DNA of 64,000 nt, taken from assembly GCA_043228905.1 (NCBI GenBank), contig JBHGNT010000016.1, positions 12,152,001-12,216,000 on the forward strand, read 5' to 3'. This stretch comes from Azolla caroliniana. Taxonomy: Eukaryota; Plantae; Polypodiophyta. A program made the translations under genes and the position numbers. Every line of letters begins with the position of its first letter. The first letter of the stretch is position 1. Shown here piece after piece: positions 35,748-49,300 of the stretch. The notes below the pieces were generated by a model. The model saw nothing but the letters and a program-made list of their open reading frames with translations, searched no databases and had not been told where the DNA came from.

Positions 35748-36324
35748 GTCGAGTCTGAGCCTTACAATCAGCCGAGGTTTCAGTCCTAGGTATTAAAAGG
35801 CTATATAAACCAAGACCTGTGTACCTCGGAGGGGGGGATAGATAGATACTATTAGGGAAATTATAGCTGACGAGTCCTCAACATTAAATAGCTTTATTCC
35901 GGCCTAGGGCCGCGTACTGTAACCGAGGAAGGAAATCTCGATTTAATATATAACTCTTGTTGTTCTTCTTATTCGGTGATCTTTTCGTAATCATAAGTTT
36001 AAGCTACGCGCATGGTAAACAGTAACTGGTTGTGACTAGTATAATCTTTCCCCTCCGTTTCCAAACTAAATCTCTGTTCAGAAGTAGTCTTCAGGTTCCA
36101 CGACCCTTGATACCGATAGCCTCAGGGTTCATCGAAGGTGTTTATTCCAAGGAAGAGATAACACATGTCTCTATGTGTGTGTGAGAGAGAATGTAATAAA
36201 GCTTCCCATTAAAGTTCGTCTCTGTATAAGTCTCCGCCTTCCTCCCTTTCGGTGTTGTTTTTTGAGTACGCAAAGAGGTTCTCATATGCTTCCGCATACG
36301 TACACACCTACCAAACCTTCAACA

Positions 36325-37420
36325 GTGAAGACCGGAAGACATCGGGTGAGCGACGACAAGAATGGAGGAAGCAACGAGGAAGAACAAGGGCTGGTTTGAC
36401 CGGACTCACCGGCTCTGGCCGAAGAAGATTGAGGAAGGCGACTGGGTGCTAGTCCACGACAACAACCTCGACAATCAACACTGGTCGACCCGAAAATTCG
36501 CGAGGGGACAAGTGTGAAGGGCAATGCAACATACCACCTGATGGTGCTCGACGGAACAAGGATCGCGATACCGGTTGTGGGTAAATAGATCAAGGGCTTC
36601 AAGAAAAGGCATAAAGCGGACCTGCATCCGGAGATCGAAGATGGAAGTGCCGGCGAGGGCAAGGAGTCGGATGAAGACCGGACCGAAGACGGATCGGGAG
36701 AGGACGAGTAAGGGTCGAGCTAGAATCTCCATCACTGCACTACTTGGCACATGCCAGAGAATGTGCAATTTGATGGGGGTGGATGTCGTGAAGAATTCTA
36801 GCGATATGGTGAAAAAGGGTTGAGCGCATGTGAATAAGGGTTTCAACGTGAGGAGGAGGACCGGTCGGACAAGCGTGTGAGCAAGGGTGTGCAAATAGGC
36901 ACAAAACACAAGGGAAGGAGTACAAGAAATGTAAATGTGTGTAAAATATTTAAGGTACTAGGTAGAGTAGTTAATGGGTACTTTATGTCCGACACATATA
37001 GAGAATAAGAATAAGATTAGATGGAGAGAATCGAGGGCAATCTCTGATAGAAAAGGCTGCCATTTACTTGCGATGGAACGGTCTCCCCTTTGTGCTATAA
37101 AAGGAGAGCTTTGAGACTGTTTTGAGGATTCATGAATCGGAGAACGAAGTGCTTTCGGTTTGAGTGCCAAGCTCTATTGTTCCTCCATTTCTGTTCTATG
37201 TGGTTTATGGAAGAAGGTGGAGGCCTCTGCTCGCGTGGAAAGCCCATGTGCTCCCGACCAGAGGTTCGTCATTTTGCGTGTGTGTGAGTAGAGGTCAAGG
37301 CTCTCTCGCCAGCCATGTCCTGTTGTAATCTTTCCTGCCTTTTTCTGTTAATCATTAGTTTTCCGATTCTATCCTTGTGTTTAAGCATCTCCTCATTCTC
37401 TCTGTTTCATCTCGGGTTCA
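36325..37420 (+). mobile_element. Gypsy integrase C-terminal remnant, PPT (GATGGGGGTGGA) and LTR beginning TGTCGTGAAG at 36784 (right end uncertain)
   Basis: KIEEGDWVLV..LDNQH..RKFA..ATYHL..LDGT; same PPT and LTR start as the element at 46330-49869 (LTR start 47082, minus). Confidence 0.6.
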
Positions 37421-37626
37421 TTGTGCCTGAGCCCGTGTGCGTGTCCATTGAGATCCAGAGTGGTATACGTCTTTCAGCCCGTGTGTCCACCGTCCTGCAT
37501 CCTGGAATCGATCCGAATCATCCACGCATCCGGGACCCGATCCAGTTAAGTTATCCGGAAACCGAACCGGACAACCTTCCTCTCTCACTGGCTCCTTGGT
37601 TCGAGACCTCGGTGGTCCCACCTGTT

Positions 37627-40600
37627 TCATAATACAAGCGCGAAAAACCATGACACTGTGTGTGCCAGCCGACCGAGCCATAAAGCCTTTTTCGCCGCAA
37701 CGGATGTGGCTATGTATTCGACCTTGGTTGTTGATCTGGCAGTGCACTCCTGATGTTTCGATTTCCACGATATTACTCCATTGCTGAATTTGAAGCAATA
37801 TCCAGTTGTTGACTTTCGGTGGTCCACACAGTCGACAAAGTCCAAGTCAGTATAACCGACTACGTCTGATGTATCATTCGGGCCGAATAGGATGCCATAG
37901 TCTTTTGTGCTCACCATATATGTAAACACATGCTTGACTGCATTCCAATGCAATTGGCCAGGATTGTGCATAAATATGTTGATGGCTCCGATGACGTGAG
38001 CAATGTGAGGTCGTGTTGCAACCATCGCGTACATGAAGGAGCCGACTATCGGTGCATACGGTACAGACTTCATAACTTGCCCCTCCGTACCAGATGTCAG
38101 GCAGTCTCGCTAAACAACCGAAGATTTATCGGGAGAGGGGTTCTAAGACACGCCCAATATAGTCAGATTGAGATAGAGACAACTGTCGTTGATTCCGATT
38201 CTGACTTATCTTCATCCCGAGAATGTGTCTTGCTGGACTGAGGTCCTTCATGGCAAACTTCAACTACAGTTGCCGAACAAGTTCGGCGAGGTCTCTAGCA
38301 TGTCGACTAGAGAGTAGCATGTTGTCCACGTCGATGGTGAGGAAGATGGGAGACCCATATCAAGCTGTTTTGGTGAAGAGACAGTGATCCTCATCGATCT
38401 TTGAGAAGCCGATTGATCGGATGAAGTCGTCAAACTTCTTGTACTATTAGGAAACAGGTCCCTCCGGATAGGAAGTGAGAAGAACAGTACTGATGAGCAA
38501 ACTTAGCTGAGGCCAATCCGGATGATGTGTACCCGGCTACGCAAGACCCGGTGAGAACTGGATGACGAGTACTCGACAAGAGCTGGATGGTGAAGGCCCG
38601 GTGAGGAGTGCTCACTGGATGAAGGGACATATTCGTAAATATGTTTTCTGAGAGTCCATCGTGGCTATATTTGTAAATAGCCGAAAAGTCATATTAGTAT
38701 AAATATGACTTAGGGCAAACTTAGAGAAGTGGTTGTTGTCATTCTTGTTGGTGCAAGATTAGAGCATAACAGTGTACAGAGAGAGAGAGAGAGAGGAAGA
38801 GGTCATTGCCTTTGTTGTAACCGCCGCCTGTGGCGAAGATAGCAAGCTCGAGGTCGTTGCCTCGGTGCTTCACTATTGTACATTCTAATATAGTGATAGT
38901 TTGCAGTCTGTGGGCTGCCGTGGTTTTTCCCTAGTTTGGGTTTTCCACGTAAACATCCTGTGTACTCTTCTCTCCATTGTGTCGTGCATTCATTCCCGTT
39001 TTTTTCCTGTGTTTGATTCTAAGCTTGGTTGTGGCCGAGCGTTGTTCATCGGGAGCGTGTAGTTCCCTATCAAAGTGGTATCAGAGCGAAACAATACAGA
39101 AAATGGACGAATCGTTGGGAGGCATGTTCAAGCTCACCGGCTCGAACTATTCGGTGTGGAAGTCGAAGATGAGGGACATGCTCGTGGTTAAAGATCTTTG
39201 GTTGCCAGTTCAGTTTGGGGAGAAGAGACCGGACAAAATCGACGCCACGATATGGGAGGTCATGCACATGAAGACAACGGCGTACATATGATGCTTCATC
39301 GACATGAATCTATACAACAACTTCAATGAAGAGAGGAAGGCTCATGAGCTCCGGGAGAAGATCAACATTATGTTTCAAAACAAAAATGATGTTAATCAGG
39401 TTTCGGTATTTCGGAAGCTAGTAAGACTCCGGTACCAAGATGGCTCCAGCATGGCGGAGCACATGAATACCTTCTAGGGGCTGATCCACCAGGCAACATC
39501 ATTGGAAGTACCTCTCGCCGATGAGGTACTAGCACTACTCTTGCTCAGTTCCCTCCCGGATAGCTGGGAGACGTTGGTTGTCACTTTGGGCAACGCCGGG
39601 CTGGAAGGGAAACGGTTATCCCTAGCAAGAGTGGAGTCGAGCTTGCTAGATGAGGAGGTGCATCAGAAAGATAAGGATACGAGCTCCGACTCCAAAGCGC
39701 TCCTTACTGAATCGGAACCGTAGTCCACAGAACTGGGAGAAATCGGGGACACGGTCAAAGTCAAAGGGGAGGCCTACTTGCTTCTATTGCGGCAAGCTGG
39801 GACACTTCTAGAAGAACTGTCGGCACTTCTGAAAAGACAAGGAAACCGACGGTACCGATTCGAAGCGGACACCGGACCAGAACGGTAAAGACCGGAGGGG
39901 GCTGGACCGGAAGGGAACGACGGTAATCGCGGCAAGTGAAGAAGAGTTGATGCTCATCACCGTGGAGAGTGAGCTAAACCTTGCCGGCAACGAGATGACC
40001 TGGGTGGTCGACTCCGGAGCGTCGTTCCACCTTACCCCGGACCAGAAATACTTCTCATCCTACTCAGCCGGTGATCATGGGTGTGTCCAGATGGGGAATG
40101 AAGGTACATGCCGAATTGTCGGCATAGGAGACGTGTGGTTGACAACGCCAACCGGATGCAAGCTGCTGCTGAAGGATGTCCGACACGTTTCGGAGGTTCG
40201 TCTGAACTTGATATCAGCCGGTCGGCTAGATGATGAAGGCTACACGGGTAGCATCTGGAACAGTGTTATGAAGTTCAACAAAGGGAGCCTGATTGTGGCT
40301 CGGCCCCGGAAGGTCAACATGTTGTACCTGATGAATGCCCGGTTATGCCCGGAAGAAGTGAACGTGGCATCCGACACTGCCGGTGAGTTGTGGCACAAGA
40401 GGCTGTGTCACATGAGTGAGAAGGGGATGAAGAGGCTTGCAGAAGACAACCTCATTCTAGTGAAGAACGTGCACTTGGAGAAGTGCACTGATTGTCTGGC
40501 CGGTAAACAAAACCGGACCTCCTTCCAGTCGAGGCCACCGATGAGACGTAATGCACCACTTGAGTTGGTGCATACTGATGTATGTCAAGTGGACACAAAG

Positions 40601-43400
40601 TCACATGCCGGATCGCAGTACCTCATGACGTTCATAGATGACCACAGCCGGAAGCTGTGGGCCACACCGTTGAAGACGAAGGATCATGTGTTTTCTGTCT
40701 TCAAAGAGCTCCACGCGAGAGTGTAAAGAGAAACCGGCCGGAAGCTGAAGGCAGTTCGAGCAAATAACGGAGGTGAATAACGGGGACAATTCGAGGAGTA
40801 TTGTCGCTCGAAGGGAATCCGGCTCAAATTTACCGTGCCGAAGATACCGGAACTAAACAGGTTGGCTGAGAGGATGAACCGGACCATAATGGAGAGGGTC
40901 CGGAGTATGCTGGCGCATGCAAAACTACCCAAGAAATTTTGGGCTGAGGCACTGTCGACGGCGACATATGTGATAAACAGATCACCCTCAGTACCCTTGG
41001 ACGGAGACACACCACAGAGAGTATGGACTGGTAAGGAAGTATCCTACCGGCATCTGAAGGTGTTCGGGTGTCTCGTGTACGTGCATGTAGCTAAGGACCG
41101 GAGAGAAAAGTTAGATCCAAAGACCCGGCCATGCATATTCCTCGGTTACGGCGACGATGAGTTCGGCTACCGAGTGTGGGACCTAGTCGACAAGAAGGTA
41201 TTCCGGAGTCGAGATATTATCTTCATGGAGGACAAGACGCTCGCCAATTGGGAGTCGGAGAAGAAGATAATGAACTCCGAGTCAACCGGTAAGGATCGAT
41301 TCTACGATGAGCAGACCCACCCGACAAGAGACCGGTTAGCACTCGAGGGACCAGCCGGTTACGATGAGGATACCGAACAGGCTAAAGAAGAAGTAGAGGA
41401 AGCTGAAACTGGAACCAGCCAAGACCCCGAATTGGATTCGGATGAAGAGCAAATGGAGGAGCTGGTTACCGAAGCCCAAAGACGGAGATGTCCTCTCAGA
41501 GAGAGAAGGCCCCCCCAGAGATTTCCGGATGCAGAGCATGTGCTGCTAACCGATGAGGGGGAGCCAGAAAGCTTCAAAGAAGCGAAGGATGACACCCACA
41601 ACCGCAAATGGTTAAGTGCCATGCAGGATGAGATGGATTCCCTGCATGAAAACCATAGGTACGAATTGGTGGAGTCTACATCTGGGTATGTAATGACATA
41701 TGCAGGGGGAGCTGTTTCGTGGCAGTCGAGGCTGCAGAAGACGGTTTGCGTTGTCAACCACGGAGGCAGAGTACATGACGGCTGTGGAAGCCGGTAAGGA
41801 AATATTATGGATGAAGGACTTCATCGGAGAGCTCGGTATTCGACAAGATGAATACCGACTCTATTGCGACAGTCAAAGTGCCATCCACCTTGCTAAGAAT
41901 GCGGCCTACCATTCCCAGACGAAGCATATCCAGCATAGGTACACTGGATCCGGGAAAGAGTAGATGACCAGGAGTTCGTGCTGACGAAGATCCACACGGC
42001 CAAGAACGGGTCAGATATGCTGACCAAAGTTTTGATACCCAATAGGCTGGATGCATGTCGGAAGCGGATCAGACTAGTAAGACATCCCATGCCGGAGTGA
42101 AGGGGGAGTTTGTTAGGAAACAGGTCCCTCCGGATGGGAAGTGAGAAGAACAATACTGATGAGCAAACTCGGCCTCGGCCGAATCCGGATGACTTGTACC
42201 CGGCTACGGAAGACCCGGTGAGAACCGGATGACGAGTACCCGGCTACGGAAGACCCGGTGAGAACCAGATGATGAGTACCCGGCAAGAGCTGGATGGTGA
42301 AGGCCCTCGATGGTGAAGGCCCGGTGAGGAGTGCTCACCAGATGAAGGGACATATTCGTAAATATGTTTTTTGAGAGTCCATTGTGGGCTATATTTGTAA
42401 ATAGCCGAAAAGTCATATTAGTATAAATATGACTTAGGGCAAACTTAGAGAAGTGGTTGTTGTCATTCTTGTTGGTGCAAGATTAGAGCACAACAGTGTA
42501 CAGAGAGAGAGAGAGAGAGGAAGAGGTCATTGCCTTTGTTGTAACCGCCGCCTGTGGTGAAGATAGCAAGCTCGAGGTTGTTGCCTCGGTGCTTCACTAT
42601 TGTACATTCTGATATAGTGATAGTTTGCAGTCTGTGGGCTGCCGTGGTTTTTCCCTAGTTTGGGTTTTCCACGTAAACATCCTGTGTACTCTTCTCTCCA
42701 TTGTGTCGTGCATTCATTCCCATTTTTTTCCTGTGTTTGATTCTAAGCTTGGTTGTGGCCGAGCGTTGTTTATCGGGAGCGTGTAGTTCCCTATCATGTA
42801 CCACTGTCTCAGTGCCTGCTTTAGGCCATATTAACTCTTCTTGAGTCGGCAGACTAGATGTTCCTAGCCGAATTCCACAAAGCCTTTCGCCTGCTCCATA
42901 TAAAATTCCAACTCTAGATCTCCATGGAGGAAGGACATTTTTACATCTAGATGGATCAGCTCCAAGTCCTCGGTTGCCACTACTGGTGAAAATATCTCAT
43001 CGAAGTCGACGTCATATTCTTGTCGGAAACCCCTTTCTAGTGTTCTAGCCTTGAATTTTGGGGTGGCCGAATCAGACGTCTCTTTTAATCTATAGACCCA
43101 CTTGCACGGAAAAGCACCTCAATTCTTTGGTAATTCGACCAAGTCCCAAGTCTTGTTTGACCGAATGGAGTTCATCTCTGACTCCATCGCAAGATGCCAG
43201 ATGGTTGAATCCGTGGATGCCGATGCTTCTTCATGTGATGTCGGTTCTCTAGTGTTTGTGAAGAAGACTCCAAGAGAGTACCTCTCCGGGGGTTGCGATT
43301 GTCTCTCGGATCTTCAAGGTATGGCTGAACTAGTCGCATTGGGTGTCAGAGTCGGATGGTCCAAAACCGAATCCTTCGTCTATGCCGAGTCGAGCGTTGC
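37627..43400 (-). mobile_element. Degenerate Copia RT/RNase H (host), interrupted by the element at 38445-42796
   Basis: YGLKQALRQWY|KKFDDF reads across the insertion; VPYAPIVGS..GYTDLDF..KSTTGY in 37627-38073. Confidence 0.8.
38445..42796 (+). mobile_element. Non-autonomous Copia with RT deleted: LTRs 38445-39072 and 42111-42796
   Basis: TSD TGTAC (38440-38444 / 42797-42801), PBS TGGTATCAGAGC 39076-39087, PPT 42097-42108; pol jumps YELVE|STSGYV at ~41675; several stops. Confidence 0.93.
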
Positions 43401-43424
43401 CTAGTCGGTTCGAGAGGATTTGGC

Positions 43425-45645
43425 TACCCATGTCGCCGCACGAATTGTATTTCGTGCGGAAGCCGAATTTGGCGCACCTTCGGGTATTCGGCAACATTGT
43501 GTATGTGCATGTGCTGGATGAAAAGTGAAGCAGACTGGATGCAAAATACGAGAAGTGCATCTTGGTTGGCTATTCCGATGAACAGAAGGGGTATAAGTGC
43601 TACAACCCCTGTTCGAAGCAAGTCCGAGTTAGTTGTGATGTTGTCTTTGACGAATTAGCATCTTGGTACCTCGCATCACCCGAACCCGAGCTGGTTGATG
43701 CAGATGAGGTGACAGATTCCGGCACATAGGGAAGTGTTGCGGAATCTAAATGACCAGATAGTCTGACTTCCCTCGGGATCACTGGACCGAATCCGGGTTG
43801 GTTGAGCCGGAGTGGTCAACCAAATGATGAGTTGGCGAGTAGTGAAGACTCGGTCGTGCTCTCCCCATGCAAGAAACCAAGGAGACAGTTCATCCGCACA
43901 GAGAAAGGGAAGAAGAAGATGTCGGAATATGACACTGGCAGAGATGAGTTGGATCGGAGCGAATCCGATTCCGGAAAGAACAAAGATGGATCTTTAGAAG
44001 AGAAGTTTGAGTCGGCCAAGAGGGCCAAGAAATTGGCAGAGCAAAAACTGCGTCGATCCACCCGTCAGAAGCACCCTATAGTTCGGTACGGATATAACGA
44101 GTATATGGCCCATCATTATGCGTACATGGTGAAGGTGGCAATCATGTGTGAGCCGGAGAGCTACGCAGAAGCGGCTAACGATCCAAACTGGAAGAGATGC
44201 ACATGCTCATGGATAAAGAGGTATGGGACTTGGTGGATGTACCGAAAGGAGTGAAGCCGATTGGTTACCGGTGGGTATACAAAGTCAAATACAATACCGA
44301 TGGCTCCGTCAACCGGTACAAGGCCGGATTACTAGCAAAGGGCTACATGCAACAACACGACATTGACTAGGATGAGACGTTCATGCCGGTCGCAAAGATG
44401 ACGACCGTCCGTGTCTTGCTTGTGGTAAAAAATGGACGTGAAAAATGCATTCTTGCAAGGTGATCTTGAGGAACAAGTATAGATGGTTCAACCCCCCTGA
44501 TTTTAGTTTGGAATGAACACGTTGGCCATTTGCCGACTGAAGAAGTCCCTTTACGGACTCAAGCAAGCCCCACGTGCATGGAATGCAAAAATCAAGCCGC
44601 AACTGCGTCGGATGGGGTTTGCCGCAGTGAGGTCAGAATCTTCCCTATTCATCCGATGAGGTTTGAATGGGCCGATAAGTATTTTGCTTTTTGTTGATTA
44701 TTTAATCATCGCTGGCGCCAACCTGGACGAAATCGACTACGTCACGTCCGAACTAGCAGCATTGTTTGACATGAAGGATCTTGGGGACATTCATTACTTC
44801 CTCGGGATCGAAGTGATCCACTCCTTGGAAGGCATACTGATAAGTCAACGCCACTATGTGTTGAGTATTCTCTTCAAATTCAGTATGACAGAATGCAAGT
44901 CAGTCATGACTCCTCTGGATAGGAATGTGAACCTTTGCCCTGCCTACAAAACGGCATGCGACCCGAAAAGTTTCCGACAAATAGTCGAAGCCTCATATAT
45001 CTGACCATCACCCAATCGGACCTCAACTATCTGATCGGATTGATTAGTCAATTTATGGCACATCCAACCGTGGAGCACCTTTAATGCATGCACCGAATAC
45101 TTAGGTACGTTAGTGGCATTAAGGATAGGGGGTTGCTGTATTGGACCGGTGTAGCTGGACAACTTGTCGGCTACACAGATGCCGATTGGGCTGGAAATGC
45201 CCGAGGCCGTAGGTCTACATCTGAATATGCATTTTCATTTGGAAGCGTCGTGGTCTCCTGGAGCAGTAAGAAGCAATCGACAATAGCATTGTTGAGCATC
45301 GAGGATGAGTACCGAGGAGCGGTTGTCACGACATGCGAAGCCATATGGCTCAAGCGGCTCCTAAAGGATCTGCAATTGGAGGTGTCTGATCCTACAACGA
45401 TCTACTGTGACAACCTCAGCAACATCCACCTGGTGAAGAACCCCGTTTTTCACGCAAGGACCAAGCACATTGAGGTGCACTCTCCGGTGAGCGTGTCCTC
45501 TTCGGTGAAGTCAAACTTGTGTATGTTCCGACGGATCGGCATACTGTCAACATCTTCACCAAACATCTCGGCTTGGACAAGTTGCAACATTTTTCGGAGA
45601 TGCTTGGTCTTCAATATCTCATCATGCCGCACTTGAGGGGGAGAA
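43425..45645 (+). mobile_element. Degenerate Copia pol fragment (integrase C-terminus, RT, RNase H)
   Basis: HLRVFG..YVHV, CEPESYAEA, MKDLGDIHYFLGIEV, GYTDADWAG..STS..WSSKKQ, HARTKHIEV. Confidence 0.85.
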
Positions 45646-45858
45646 AGGAGGAAACCAGAACGGGAACTGGGAAAACAAGTAATGACACTGGACAAAGAGC
45701 CGGAGAGACAGGGGAAGACAAGAAGAAGAAGGAAGCTTAGTTGACTGAAGAAGTCGGCACATATGATAAAGTCAGAACAAGCAACAGAGTCATGAAGGAT
45801 AGAGCTGACCAGAATGAGAAGGCCAAGACCAGGTGTGTTGATCGGGCAAGCTCAACCG

Positions 45859-46324
45859 AATTCGCATCGGTTGAACAAGCCAGAGCTGGATCGGTATCCG
45901 GAATGGAGAACCGGATAGGTACCTGGATCCGTGTCTGGATATATCGGTATCCAGAACCTATAGCCGAATCGGAGAACCGGATTGTACTCTGGAATAGTAA
46001 GAACCGGTAGGCTGTTGGAGCCTACGGTGTTGGGGTAGTTGTGGTTCATGCGACAAGTTGCAGGGACTATGGTTAAAGAGAATTGGCTCAATTCGCATCG
46101 GTTGAACAAGCTAGAGCCGGATCGGTATCTGGAATGGAGAACCGAATAGGTACCCGGATCCGTGTCTGGATATATCGGTATCCAGAACCTATAGCTGAAT
46201 CAGAGAACTGGATTGTACTCTAGAATAGTAAGAACCGGTAGGCTGTTGGAGCCTACGGTGTTGGGGTAGTTGTGGTTCACGCGGCAAGTTGCAGGGACTA
46301 AGGTTAAAGAGAATTAGCTCAATT
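45859..46324. repeat. Direct tandem duplication, 232-bp unit x2
   Basis: AATTCGCATCGGTTGAACAAGC... starts at 45859 and 46091. Confidence 0.9.
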
Positions 46325-46329
46325 TATAT

Positions 46330-49300
46330 AAGGCTTATGCGTTGATGTGAGAAAGATTAAGAATAGGAAGAAGAAGAGTTAAAAGTAATGTGTGAGAGAG
46401 AGACGAGCATAGATAAGAGAAAGAGACAATGTATGATTTCAGAATCAAAAGTATATGATATGAACATGATTTATATTAAGAATACAAGTTGTTACCAACT
46501 TTACAATGCTTGATTGCAAGATAAACCCTTTCTCTTCCAAATTTCGGCTTGAACCCTCGACTTAAGTGTTGAGAGATAATAAACTTCCCAAATGAGCTAG
46601 CTTGTTTGTTTGGTTATATTATTTTCTAACCTTTTCTTGATTCCCTCCCTTACTTGATTCCCCTCCTTTTATAGATGCCCCCATGCATGTGAGGGTACAA
46701 GATATGCATGATCGCCATTTGGCGTTCATGCATTACATGTGATGCATGATAGACATCTCGCTCATTTGAGCTTTCATGTATGAAAATAAACATGGGATAA
46801 GTAGGGTCATGGAAATATAATTTTAAAAACAAATAAACTAGTATAGTGGTATGTACTTTATACTTGGTATGTAAGGTTGTGTGTTCAAGTCTCTTAGAAG
46901 TTACTCAATAGAATATTTAAGTTTATTTCTATATCCTTTACAAAACTTTCAAAACAAATAACTTAACCTAGTGGTATGTACTTCGTACTTGGTGTGTGAG
47001 GTTATTGGTTCAAGTTTTTAAAACATTTTTGAATACAATGTTTAAGTTCATTTTTATATCATGAAGCACATCCTTCACGACACCCACCCCCTCTGAACTT
47101 GCACATTGGTTGTGTAGAGTTCATCCAACACTTCTTCTGATTCTTTTAGTTCTTCTCCTTCTTCATAAAATTCGGGATCTAGTGACTCCCTCCTTTTAAA
47201 TATTTTAATCCTTTTTCCTGCATTTGGAATACGAATTTCTGTCCCATCTAATTCATTGAGGAAATATGTGGCCTCATCTGTTATTTTCCTAACTTCATAA
47301 GGTCAAAACCATCTTTTTGCGAACTTCCGAATAGTACTGTATTGATTATCTAGGCTACTATCATATACTAATACCCAGTCTCCCTCTTGCACCTTCCTTG
47401 GTCGTATTCTTTTTATCTTGTCAAATCTATCCTTATTCTTGATTCTTTCCTCTTTCAATCTAGTAGCTGCTTTTTCTATGTCTTTTGTCCTGGATTGAAG
47501 TTGTTGTATCTGAATCGCTAGTAAATCTTTCCTACTCCTTTTTTATTCCCACGGTAGCACACCCCATGTAGTTATTTTTTCTTCAATTGGCATTATCGGC
47601 TTCTGTCCTGTGTTTAATTTTGCAAGCATATATCCGGTAACAATGTTGTGAGTTGTCCTATTAGCCCATAGTGGATAGGGTAAGACTTTTGGCCAATCAC
47701 CGACCCGTCCTTTACATGCCTTTGCTAAAGTTTTGACTATGGGCCCATTTCCCCTTTCTATCTTTCCATTAGCTTCCGGATTGTATGTCATTATCAAAGA
47801 AAGCTGAATCCTTACTTTGTCGAAAAAATCTTGAGCTTCTATAGAATTGAGCTCTCCCCTATTTGCCACTATCTTCTCGATACATCCACATCTACAAACA
47901 ATGTCCTCCAAGATGAATTGACATACTCCTAATGTCCCATTTGTTTGCAGTGGACATCCTTCCAGTTGATTTGTTAGATCTTCTCTTGCAAGAAACAAGT
48001 ATCTCTTTTGTCCTACTCCAAGTGGCATTGTTAACCAAATCTATCATCCACTTGTAATGCACCCCCAGTGAGTATGTTGGGTGTAACTCATCAAATTTTT
48101 TTACATATGAATAATATTGTCAAGTGGGACAAGTTTTCACATACTTTTTTATTTCCTCATAGTATCGAGGCCACCAAACCGTTCTTTAATCTTACCGAAA
48201 GTGACCCACACTCCTTGATGACCATCCCATTCTTTGTCGTGCAACTCTCTCATTATGTCCTTTCTTTGCCCTTCAGAACCTATTACTGTGTGTGGGTTTC
48301 CTGCCTTGGTTTTCAGATGTCATCACAAATATCCTTAATGTAGGAAGAACTTATGGGCTTTCTTGCGAAACTGTGCGAGTTCTTTTCGAGATCGTCCTTT
48401 ATAATTGATAGGGGTTTGCAGATATTTCCTTATTTCCTTGAATTCTTCTTCATAGTATTCTAGAAATTGCATTCCTCCTTCCCGGGTAATGCTTGTGGTA
48501 AGGACTGCTTGTTCTTTGTCCTCATCGTCTGAGTCTAGAATCTCCTCTTCCTTATACATTGCTCTTGATAACATATTTGCTACTGCATTTCTATTCCTAG
48601 AGATATGTCGAACTTCAGGGTTGATTGATCTAATATAGATGCACCATCTTAACATGGCTTGATCTGGAATATCACAATTAGCTATGATACCAAGAATCGG
48701 CAAACTATCCGTTTCTATTATTAATTCAACACCAATTAAGTAATCTCTATTTGTCTTAACTGTTGTTACTATCCCCCATAGATCTTTTTTCACTTGTGCA
48801 TATTTTCTTTGTTGACCACTCAGAACCTTTGCTCCGAATCGGATTGGATACCTTTCTTCCTCATCCTGTTGGCTTATCACCCATCCAATTTCAATGGGAC
48901 TAGAGTCTACTATGAGATAATGGGTCAGGTGTAGTCAGGTTGCTTTAACGGTGGAGCTTGTGCCAAGTAGGACTTCAGTTTCCTCATTGCCTCTGAATGT
49001 TCTTCAATCCATTCAAATGTTTCTCCTTTTCTTAGGATTCTATATAAGGGTTCAGATAAATGGGCATAATGCGGAATCCATTGGTAGTAAAAGACATATA
49101 CCCCCAGAAACCTTCGTACTTCTGAGATGGATTTACATTCCTCCTGCATATTTTGAATTGCATTAACCTTGGTTGGGGATGGCTTTCTCCTATACGGGCC
49201 ACACATATGACCAACTATCAATATCTCTTTGGTACCAAATCTTGACTTCGCCCCTGATAAGGTCAAATGCACTTCTTCCATCCTTGATAGTATCTTCTCA

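Larger units (their letters stand above)
23671..36163 (+). mobile_element. Non-chromovirus Gypsy, same family as 10238-16570: 5' LTR 23671-24175, degenerate tRNA-Arg PBS 24181-24192, gag-pro-RT pseudogene (~24360-27650), deletion into the extra ORF (27655-30082), 3' LTR 30193-30282 plus 35753-36163
   Basis: TSD CATGT (23666-23670 / 36164-36168); AARWY gag, IINGGSGVNVI protease, WLSPIVVVPKK..CVDYR RT. Confidence 0.9.
21515..36324 (+). mobile_element. Degenerate Copia host (RT/RNase H 21515-22867 and 23313-~23400), PPT 23529-23539, 3' LTR split into 23540-23670 and 36169-36324
   Basis: QMDVKTTFLHG, LYGLKQ, YTDSDYAG..KSTSGY; GGGGGAGTT-TGTTGG start and TTCAACA end flank the nested Gypsy. Confidence 0.75.
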
